Shown one piece after another: positions 37,032 through 45,116 of a DNA stretch of 64,000 bases; the first letter of the stretch is position 1; the number at the start of each line of letters is the position of its first letter. This DNA is from Geobacteraceae bacterium GWC2_53_11 (lineage in GTDB: Bacteria > Desulfobacterota > Desulfuromonadia > Geobacterales > Pseudopelobacteraceae). Position numbers and translations under genes: made by a program. The DNA lies in the NCBI GenBank assembly GCA_001802645.1, contig MGZJ01000041.1, forward strand, positions 83,422-147,421, in the 5' to 3' direction. The notes under the pieces were generated by a model. It did no database searches. It was not told the origin of the DNA and was given only the letters and a program-made list of their open reading frames with translations.

Positions 37032-40000
37032 ATGCGAATGCGAAACGGAACCATTTCAGCGAGGCTGGGAATATCGTTCGCTATCTTTCTCACGGCAACT
37101 GTTTTGACCGGGAGCGTGGCAAACGCCGCCATCATCCACCCGGAATACTCGAAGCCGATCCTCGACCCGGCCACCCAACCACACTGGGTGACCGGCATAC
37201 CGAACGCCCTGGCCGACTACTTCACCTTTACCCCGTTTGACTCCGACTCCGCTGCCGTTGCGGTCGGCTTCCCGAGCGGGGTGTGCGGTAACGGCACCAT
37301 CCAGTCCGGACCATGGGCAGGGCAACCCCAGGAGGACTGCTACGCGATTTCGGTGCGCCAGTTCCAGCAGGACCTGGGACTTAAGGTTGAGGGAAGTTAT
37401 GTTCCCGGCGTTTCGGCAGGCACTCCCCTGCTCACCTCCGTCTGGGGCTATGGTTCGGCAAGCAACGCTCCCGCCGTCGGCCCATTTACCGCAGGCGTCT
37501 GGAATTTCCCCGCCCCCACGTTCAGAAATACCAGCAACAAACCGGCCCGGATTATCTGGGCCAATGAACTGCCCAACACACAGCCGGCCGGCTTCGACCC
37601 AACATACGACTGCGGCCCCAACGCGCCTGACTGTTACCCCTACAACCGGATAGTGACTCATGTCCACGGGGCGCATGTGGCGGACGACAGTGACGGTAAT
37701 GCCACGGCCTGGTACTCTCCGCTCGATCCCGTCACCAACGTTCCGATAGCGGCGGGTCCCGACTACCAACCGAGCAAATACGGACCTCCGGGCACCTACC
37801 GCTACGAAAACACCCAGGAGGCCGGAACCATCTGGTACCATGATCATGCCATGGGTTCCACCCATCTCAATACGAACCAGGGCATGGCCGGTTTTTTCCC
37901 GATCACCGACGACAACGAAAAGTACCTTCAGGGACTCACCGTTCCCACCACATCATTGCCGACCGGGATTACTGTCAACCCTGGGCCGAAGCTTCTCCCT
38001 ACCGGACAGTACGAATTGGGTTTTGCTCTTCAGGACCGCAACTTCTGGCCCGACGGCTCGTTGGCTATGCCGGACCTGCTGATCTATAACCTGCTGGCCG
38101 ACAGTGTCAACTGTTCGATCAATCCGACGACAAATGTCATCAATCCGGCCTGTCCGGCGGTCCCCTTTTCCAAGGACGCTCTTGGCGCCCTGATCCCCTA
38201 TAACGCAACCATTACCACCCCTGCCCGGCGCGGACCTTTTACCGCCACCGGCCGACCTTTTGCCGCCTGCACTCCGGACCTGGTCAACGGCGGCGTTATT
38301 CCTGACACCTGCCCGGAAGTGCCGTTTTCAAAGGCTGCGGACGGTCACCTGATCGCCTACAGCCCAACTGCACCAGTCCCCGGGCCATTCACCGCTTCGA
38401 GCGGCACACTTGAATATTTCGGCAACATCCCGGTTGTCAACGGCGTCGTGTTCGGCACGTACGCTATCGAACCCCGCGTGTACCGGATGCGTTTCATCGG
38501 CGGCGCCGACTCCCGCGCCTGGATCATGCAGCTTCAGGTACGCGGCACGGGAAATCCCGCAGCCGTTCCCCCGGTGCCGGACACGGTAATCCCGTTCTGG
38601 CAGATCGCTACCGAACAGGGTTTTGTGAAGAATCCGATCATGCGCAACCAGATGGTCCTGATGCCGGGAGAACGGCTCGACGTATTGGTCGATTTCAGCG
38701 CCCTCACAGCCGGACAGAAGGTCGTAATGGCCAATCTCGGTTCCGACATGCCGTACGGCAGTGAATTAATGCTGACCGGACTTCCTCCGGCGTCCCGTTC
38801 AATGGACATCCCGGAAATCATGGAGTTCAGTGTTCCCGCCCCCTTGCCTGCTGCATCCGGTATTCCCGAGATAGCCAAAAAACCGGCCGCACCTGCAGGC
38901 GCACTGGATGGTTACGTAGATACAACCATCAACCTGCGTCCACTTGACGCATCAGCGACATTCCCTCCCGCTCTGCCGCTTACGTCCCAATTGCCGGTGA
39001 GGAACGTTTCCCTGATAGAAATCACCGACCAGTACGGCAGAACCATGCCGACCATCGACAGCCGAGGCTTCATGCCGATGGGGGTGCCGATCACCGAGGT
39101 GATTAAGCTGGGCGACACGGAACAGTGGGACATCATCAACTCTACGGTGGATTCCCATCCGATGCATTTGCATCTGGTTTCATTCCAACTCATCGACAGG
39201 GTGGCGCTGCCGGCAACCCTTGATCCGGTCACCGGGCTGTCAACAGGCTTTACCCCTCCCGCAGACGACCCCATGGCCTATAGCTTTACCCCGCCCTCTT
39301 ACGTTGCGGACCCGGCTATCGCGCCGATCCCTCCTGCCCCCTGGGAACAGGGCTGGAAGGATACCATTGAGTGTCCGCCGGGTTATGTTACCAGGGTCAA
39401 GGCCAAGTTCGACATCCCGGGACTCTACGTATGGCACTGCCACATCCTGTCCCATGAAGAGCACGACATGATGCGTCCGATGGTTGTCACGACTCCGGCC
39501 GGATCGGTCAATCTAACGGCATCCACGGCAACCACATCACAAATGTCCGGATCGGTCGCACCGGTAACCTTCACCGCCTCGGCACTCACCACCATCCCCG
39601 GTTACGCCGAGACCGGCGGCTTTGAGTACCAGTTCACGGTCACTCCACCCTCCGGTGTCTCCGTGACCCAGCCGTCGATACCAGCCAACATGACGCCGAT
39701 GGTCGGCACCACCGCCGGATATTTCATGTCGAGACAAGCTGACTGGACGCCCCCATCCATTCCCGGAACCTATACTGTAAACGTAAACGCCAAGGGTTTG
39801 GGGCCGATTACTTCCAGCAACAAGGTAAAATCGTCCAGTCTCAATTATATAGTTACAGGACCTGAGATCTCTGGGGTCACATCAACCACTGCATCCGGAA
39901 TGTATCGAAGCGGGGCCAAGGTCAACGTGACCCTTATCTTCAATCAGGCTATATCCTCTACCAATGGCCTGACCATTACTCTCAATAGCGGTGCGACTTT

Positions 40001-43000
40001 TTCCACCGGTCGGCTGACCAATGTATCCAGTTTTAAAGGTACCTACACCGTTGCATCCGGTCAAAACACCCTGCCGGGTCAGAATCTTGATATCACCGCC
40101 ATCACCGGCACGGTCACTGATGCGGTCGGCAATCCGGTTTCTGCCCTGTCGGTACCATCCGGGACGAACCTGTCTAACAGCAAGCAGGTAATCATCGACA
40201 CCACACTACCAGTCCTGACCATAACCGACCCCACCAACACCTTGGTAAACGCCGCAACGCAGGCGGTTGCCGGGACCGTCAGCGATCAGAGCGGCATCCA
40301 GTCGCTGACAGTCAACGGTTCTTCTGTGTCAATCGGATCAGAAGGAGCATTCATCACCACCGTTTCGCTCGTTTCCGGAGTTAACACCCTTACGATTGCC
40401 GCCACCGACCAAGCAGGAAACCAGACGGTTGTGGCGCGAAGTATCACCCTCGACACGGTGAAACCGGTCACCACCGCTACTCCTTCAGGCGGAACCTACA
40501 GTGGCAGTGTCTCCGTAACTCTTTCAGCCAATAAAGCGGGAAGCACAATCTACTACACCACCGACGGCTCGTCCCCCACCACCGCTTCGGCTGTCTATTC
40601 GGGGCCTATTGTTCTCGCTGCAACAGCAACCACAACCTACAGTGTGCAGTATTTCGCTATTGATCCGGCGGGTAATAACGAGTCCGTAAAGTCCGTTACC
40701 TTCACCGTTCATGTGTCAGACCTGACCGCCAGCGTCAAGATCAACAACGGTTCAGCGCTGACCAAATCAACCGCAGTAACATTGGCCCTGTCCGCTACCG
40801 ACCCTCTGGGGGTCACAAGTATGCAGATTGCCTGCGACGGCACCAATTTCAGTGCAGTTGAGCCATACGACATAACCCGTGCCTGTACGCTCCCTGGCAG
40901 TGACGGTGTGAAAAACGTAGCAGTCAAATTCATCGACAGCGTCGGCACGGTCTACGCTCCGGTCACGGCCCAGATCACCCTTGACCTCACGGCCCCGGCC
41001 CTGACCGTAGCGACCCCCACCAGTACCCTGGTCAACACTCCCACGGTAACCGTGACCGGAACTGTCAGCGACAAAAACGGCATCCAGTCGGTCACGGTTA
41101 ATGGCACAGCAACTGCGGTCGGAGCGGGAGGTTCATTCAGCCGGGACGTCACCCTCGCCGGCGGAGCAAATACGATCACCGTCATTGCCACTGACAATGC
41201 GGGTAATCAGGTCACCAGAGTCCGCAGCATCACCCTTGATACGGTGCAGCCGGTCACCACGGTATCTCCCGCAGCGGGCACCTTCACCGGGAATGTGACC
41301 GTTTCCCTCACTTCCAACAAAGTTGGCAGCACCATTTACTACACGACCAACGGCACCACACCAACCACGGCGTCGCCGGTGTATACCGGCCCGATCGCTC
41401 TCAGCGCGGCAGCCACAACAACCTATACGCTGCTCTATTTCGCCGCAGACCAGGCCGGAAATAGTGAAGCTGTCAATACCGCCGGCTTCACGGTGCATGT
41501 AGCCGATCTGACTGCCGGAGTGAAAATCAACAACGGTGCTCAGCTCACCAATTCCGCCAACATCACCCTGAATCTTGCCGCCACCGATCCGGCAGGAGTG
41601 CCGAGCATGCAGGTTGCCTGTGACGGCACAACCTTTGGGGCCACAGAGCCCTATGCAACCGGCAAGGCCTGCACCTTGCCCACCGGGGACGGCCTCAAGA
41701 CCGTGGCGGTAAAATTCATCGACGGTGTCGGAACCGTTTATGCACCGGTCACGGCCCAGATCACCCTTGATACGACGCAACCGGTTGTTTCTGCTACGCC
41801 GGGCACTGGTGTTTATGCCGGTGCGGTCAGCGTAGAACTTGCTTCAAATGAATCGGCAACAATCTATTACACCACGAACGGCTCTGCTCCGACCACCGCA
41901 TCATCCGTCTACACTGCGCCGATTCAGCTCGGCTCTCCGGCAACAGCTGTCCTGTCACTTGCGTTCATGGCTGTTGACCCGTCCGGAAACGCCTCGGCGG
42001 TACAAACTGTGAATTACACCATCCATCAACCGGACCTGTCGGCGACCATGACAATCAACGGCGGTGCGTCATTGACCACCTCCCCGAGCGTGACACTATC
42101 GCTCTCCGCCACTGACCCCACCGGCGTAACCGAAATGCAGGTGGCGTGTGACGGAACAAACTATGCGGCAGCCGAGCCGTATGCCGTGACCAGGACGTGC
42201 GCCCTGACAAGCGGAGACGGGCTCAAGACAATACTGGCAAAGTTCAGGGATGGCCTCGGCAACTGGTATCCGTCGATAAATGCCCAGATAACCCTCGACA
42301 CCACCACGCCGGTCACTTCGGTCAGCCCGGCGGCAGGAACCTACAGCAACAGTGTGTCCGTCGTGCTGAATGCCAGTGAAGCGTCAACGATCTACTACAC
42401 GACCGACGGCACCAATCCCGTAGTGGGCGCAACGCCCGGGCCTGCCGTCTACACCGGGCCACTTACCTTTTCTCCGGGCGCGACCACTGACTTTACCGTC
42501 AAATATCTGGCCATTGACCGGGCGGGCAATGCCGAATCCGTCAAGAGCACAACCTACACCGTGCATGTCAATGACCTGGTAGGCAGTATTCTCATCAATG
42601 GCGGTTCGCCCTATACCGCCACTGCATATACGACTCTCACTCTCGGAGCGACTGATCCGGCAACGGTTACCGAAATGCAATTATCCAATGACGGCGTGTC
42701 CTATACGCCTTTCGAACCATATGCCACAACCAGGGCATGGTCCCTGAACGGCGGCGACGGGATAAAAACCGTGTATGTCCGGTTCAAGGACGGTACCGGA
42801 ACGGTGTACGCTCCGTACAGCGCCGAAATCACTCTTTCCGTAGCGGCGGCAACCACGCCGATCGGAGACCTGAACGGCGATACGGTTGTCAGCCTGGCGG
42901 ATGCCCTGCGGGCATTGCAGATCAGCGTCGGACTCTTCCAGCCAAACGTGAGCGAGCGGGTCAGGGGCGACGTTGCCCCATTGGCGGCAGGCAAACCGAG

Positions 43001-43073
43001 CCCTGACGGGGTCATCGACAGCGGGGATGTCCTGATCATTCTTAAACGTGTCCTCGCCCTGACAACGTGGTAA
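37032..43073 (+). CDS. Giant secreted multicopper oxidase (OmpB/OmpC-like) with tandem Ig-like/chitobiase-C-like modules and a C-terminal dockerin
   Basis: Start trimmed to ATG 37032 (GGAG upstream; signal peptide MRMRNGTISARLGISFAIFLTATVLTGSVANA). Four MCO copper motifs: HVHGAH, WYHDHAMG, HPMHLHL and HCHILSHEEHDMM. The C-terminus reads GDLNGDTVVSLADAL...GDVAPL...PDGVIDSGDVLIILK. Confidence 0.85.
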   Translation: MRMRNGTISARLGISFAIFLTATVLTGSVANAAIIHPEYSKPILDPATQPHWVTGIPNALADYFTFTPFDSDSAAVAVGFPSGVCGNGTIQSGPWAGQPQEDCYAISVRQFQQDLGLKVEGSYVPGVSAGTPLLTSVWGYGSASNAPAVGPFTAGVWNFPAPTFRNTSNKPARIIWANELPNTQPAGFDPTYDCGPNAPDCYPYNRIVTHVHGAHVADDSDGNATAWYSPLDPVTNVPIAAGPDYQPSKYGPPGTYRYENTQEAGTIWYHDHAMGSTHLNTNQGMAGFFPITDDNEKYLQGLTVPTTSLPTGITVNPGPKLLPTGQYELGFALQDRNFWPDGSLAMPDLLIYNLLADSVNCSINPTTNVINPACPAVPFSKDALGALIPYNATITTPARRGPFTATGRPFAACTPDLVNGGVIPDTCPEVPFSKAADGHLIAYSPTAPVPGPFTASSGTLEYFGNIPVVNGVVFGTYAIEPRVYRMRFIGGADSRAWIMQLQVRGTGNPAAVPPVPDTVIPFWQIATEQGFVKNPIMRNQMVLMPGERLDVLVDFSALTAGQKVVMANLGSDMPYGSELMLTGLPPASRSMDIPEIMEFSVPAPLPAASGIPEIAKKPAAPAGALDGYVDTTINLRPLDASATFPPALPLTSQLPVRNVSLIEITDQYGRTMPTIDSRGFMPMGVPITEVIKLGDTEQWDIINSTVDSHPMHLHLVSFQLIDRVALPATLDPVTGLSTGFTPPADDPMAYSFTPPSYVADPAIAPIPPAPWEQGWKDTIECPPGYVTRVKAKFDIPGLYVWHCHILSHEEHDMMRPMVVTTPAGSVNLTASTATTSQMSGSVAPVTFTASALTTIPGYAETGGFEYQFTVTPPSGVSVTQPSIPANMTPMVGTTAGYFMSRQADWTPPSIPGTYTVNVNAKGLGPITSSNKVKSSSLNYIVTGPEISGVTSTTASGMYRSGAKVNVTLIFNQAISSTNGLTITLNSGATFSTGRLTNVSSFKGTYTVASGQNTLPGQNLDITAITGTVTDAVGNPVSALSVPSGTNLSNSKQVIIDTTLPVLTITDPTNTLVNAATQAVAGTVSDQSGIQSLTVNGSSVSIGSEGAFITTVSLVSGVNTLTIAATDQAGNQTVVARSITLDTVKPVTTATPSGGTYSGSVSVTLSANKAGSTIYYTTDGSSPTTASAVYSGPIVLAATATTTYSVQYFAIDPAGNNESVKSVTFTVHVSDLTASVKINNGSALTKSTAVTLALSATDPLGVTSMQIACDGTNFSAVEPYDITRACTLPGSDGVKNVAVKFIDSVGTVYAPVTAQITLDLTAPALTVATPTSTLVNTPTVTVTGTVSDKNGIQSVTVNGTATAVGAGGSFSRDVTLAGGANTITVIATDNAGNQVTRVRSITLDTVQPVTTVSPAAGTFTGNVTVSLTSNKVGSTIYYTTNGTTPTTASPVYTGPIALSAAATTTYTLLYFAADQAGNSEAVNTAGFTVHVADLTAGVKINNGAQLTNSANITLNLAATDPAGVPSMQVACDGTTFGATEPYATGKACTLPTGDGLKTVAVKFIDGVGTVYAPVTAQITLDTTQPVVSATPGTGVYAGAVSVELASNESATIYYTTNGSAPTTASSVYTAPIQLGSPATAVLSLAFMAVDPSGNASAVQTVNYTIHQPDLSATMTINGGASLTTSPSVTLSLSATDPTGVTEMQVACDGTNYAAAEPYAVTRTCALTSGDGLKTILAKFRDGLGNWYPSINAQITLDTTTPVTSVSPAAGTYSNSVSVVLNASEASTIYYTTDGTNPVVGATPGPAVYTGPLTFSPGATTDFTVKYLAIDRAGNAESVKSTTYTVHVNDLVGSILINGGSPYTATAYTTLTLGATDPATVTEMQLSNDGVSYTPFEPYATTRAWSLNGGDGIKTVYVRFKDGTGTVYAPYSAEITLSVAAATTPIGDLNGDTVVSLADALRALQISVGLFQPNVSERVRGDVAPLAAGKPSPDGVIDSGDVLIILKRVLALTTW
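40200..42845 (+). repeat. In-frame tandem module repeats inside the MCO gene (order A-B-C-A-B-C-B-C-B-C)
   Basis: Recurring segments: LVN..T..V.GTVSD..GIQS.TVNG (A), STIYYTT(D/N)G..PTTAS.VY.GPI (B) and DLTA.VKINNG..LT......L.L.ATDP.GV..MQ.ACDGT.F...EPY (C). Each is about 85-90 aa. Confidence 0.75.
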
Positions 43074-43101
43074 CGACAACACATCAAAAAGGTGGTGCCC
43101 A

Positions 43102-44310
43102 ATGAACATGAACAGACTGATAATCATACTGACCAACTTACTGATCGCTGCAGGAATGTTGCAGCTCGGGGGGTGTGGCGGAGGTAGCGGAGGCGGCAGC
43201 GCTCCTCCCTCGACGTCGGTGTCCGGCATCGCATCCAAGGGGCCGCTCAAAAACGGCACCGTGATAATCTACGGAGTGGATGCAGCCGGGACAAAGAGTT
43301 CTTCGCCGCTGGCCACGGTGCAGACCGATGCAAACGGCGGGTATAGCGCAAACCTGGGGAGTTACAGCGGGGCGCTGGTTATCGAAGCGTATGGCGACTA
43401 TACCGATGAAGCGACCGGTAATACGGTTGTTATCCCGGCAAACGCACCCCTGCGGACGGCCGTAGTTCTAGTGGACACCAGCGTCAACAACAACCGGAAA
43501 ATCGCCGTCACCCCCCTGACCAGCCTGGCCTGCGGCATAATGGGCACCACCTACACAACAACCGCCATTACCACAGCAAACGGCCGGGTGGGAGATATGT
43601 TCAAGGTGAAGGACATTGTCGGCACCCTGCCGGTACTGCCCGACATGACCGGCATGGGAAAGGGTGACGCCGAGCAGAAAACCTACACCATGGCGCTTGT
43701 CACGCTTTCGCAAATGGCCAAAGATGCAACGGGAGGCATCGGCCCTTCATACAGCCAGATCCAGACAATTATGGATTCATTCAAGGCCGACATGAATACG
43801 TCAAGCACGAGCGGCCTTGGTTCCCAGAACATGGCGGCCTTCAACACCGCTCTTATGACGGTATCAACAGCCATGCTGCCGGGGTTTGATATGGCAGCAG
43901 CCCAACTCCGCAACGCCGGAACAACGTCCTTGAAGCTGGCCGTCGACGCTGCCGGTGTGCCGAACGGATCGCAACTGGGAGCGGTTCATGGAGTGATTAC
44001 CGTTCCGGTTGGCGTCAGCATGCGCACCTATGCCACCGCCCAGGTGCTGGATGGACTGATCTCGACAACTCCAGGCATCTCCGCCGGGTCACCTCAAATC
44101 ATCGGCAAATTCGACAGCACCACCCGTCAGCTGACGTTCGATGTCATCAGCCCTGCCGCCGGTTTTGGCAACGGCGAGTTTGCCGGAATCATCTTTGACG
44201 TTACGACCGGCGTTACGGTGTCGGCCGCAGATTTCGCCATCTCCTCGACCCAGGGCAAGGATTACACCACCGCAGCCACGGTTTCAGGGATCACCATAAG
44301 CTTGAGATAG
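43102..44310 (+). CDS. Lipoprotein of unknown function (Gly-rich linker, Ig/CarboxypepD_reg-like N-domain, possible cohesin-like C-domain)
   Basis: Lipobox LQLGG-C followed by GGGSGGGS. Starts 28 nt downstream of the MCO gene, so probably co-transcribed. Confidence 0.7.
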   Translation: MNMNRLIIILTNLLIAAGMLQLGGCGGGSGGGSAPPSTSVSGIASKGPLKNGTVIIYGVDAAGTKSSSPLATVQTDANGGYSANLGSYSGALVIEAYGDYTDEATGNTVVIPANAPLRTAVVLVDTSVNNNRKIAVTPLTSLACGIMGTTYTTTAITTANGRVGDMFKVKDIVGTLPVLPDMTGMGKGDAEQKTYTMALVTLSQMAKDATGGIGPSYSQIQTIMDSFKADMNTSSTSGLGSQNMAAFNTALMTVSTAMLPGFDMAAAQLRNAGTTSLKLAVDAAGVPNGSQLGAVHGVITVPVGVSMRTYATAQVLDGLISTTPGISAGSPQIIGKFDSTTRQLTFDVISPAAGFGNGEFAGIIFDVTTGVTVSAADFAISSTQGKDYTTAATVSGITISLR

Positions 44311-44350
44311 GTATCGGCCGACATCGCACAGAAATCAGAGTTTCATAGTT

Positions 44351-44398
44351 CCAGAAACAACAAACCCCGCCTGAAAAGGCGGGGTTTGTTGTTTCTGG
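44351..44398. terminator. Strong bidirectional terminator
   Basis: Perfect 21-bp stem CCAGAAACAACAAACCCCGCC-tgaaaa-GGCGGGGTTTGTTGTTTCTGG. Confidence 0.7.
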
Positions 44399-44455
44399 AG
44401 GCAGCACGGCATTGCCGGCCATGCTTATCGCTTATTCAATAATTGCGACCCACAT

Positions 44456-45001
44456 TTAGAAATAGTAGTTTACGCTAACACCAGCAGATGTAGTTCCAAA
44501 GTTTGAGCCATCCTTTTTTACGCCGGCTGTCTTGGTATTTCCGGTAAGGTAACCAAAACCAACACTCCCTTCAATACTGAATTGTTTGAGAAGAAATGCT
44601 TCGGCACCTACTTCGACAGCAACAGTAACGTAACTGATTTCAGTAGTTCCGTCATCTCTCGAATCATACATCAGCTTTGCACCTGCAAAAGGAGCTACAT
44701 CTGCAACTTTTAAATATTTTCTTACACCTACAAGCATCTCTAAATCGGTTCCATCAAGATCACCGCCCTTGGCACCGAAACCCAAACCGGCCAGGAGACC
44801 TAAATCGTTTGCCAACATATACTTTCCTTGAAGGACAGGAACGGCAGAAATAGACGCCGTTATTGAATTTGACACAGGAGCTGCAACAGCAACTCCAAGA
44901 CTCAAAGCCCCCTGTTTCAAACTGTTATCCGCAGATGCATTCTGAATTCCGATGCCCAGAAACAATGTTGCTGCCAGTACTGCCATAACGATTTTTTTCA
45001 C
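44456..45001 (-). CDS. Small outer-membrane beta-barrel protein (OmpW/OmpA-beta-barrel-like)
   Basis: Start trimmed to GTG 45001 (AAGGAG 7 nt upstream). Signal peptide VKKIVMAVLAATLFLGIGIQNASA, alternating hydrophobic beta-strand pattern, and C-terminal ...VSVNYYF. Confidence 0.65.
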   Translation of the reverse strand: MKKIVMAVLAATLFLGIGIQNASADNSLKQGALSLGVAVAAPVSNSITASISAVPVLQGKYMLANDLGLLAGLGFGAKGGDLDGTDLEMLVGVRKYLKVADVAPFAGAKLMYDSRDDGTTEISYVTVAVEVGAEAFLLKQFSIEGSVGFGYLTGNTKTAGVKKDGSNFGTTSAGVSVNYYF

Positions 45002-45116
45002 GATCAATCTCCTTTTGTTTTTAATTTCCGTCCGAGCGGTTGTACACGCAACAGCAAAAAAAATCAATGCGCGCGAATTGCATCACAGCTGTCATCCGTG
45101 GTACACCCTACCTACT

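Noticed and set aside
40200-42845. Periodic repeats considered as a CRISPR-like or satellite array
   Set aside because: The repeats are about 250-270 nt, in frame, and encode recognisable protein modules. There is no short direct repeat and spacer organisation.
44952-45116. N-terminal extension of the helicase ORF, overlapping the OMP gene
   Set aside because: The helicase family N-terminus (LNPPQQ...) begins right after ATG 45117. The extension overlaps the convergent beta-barrel gene start.
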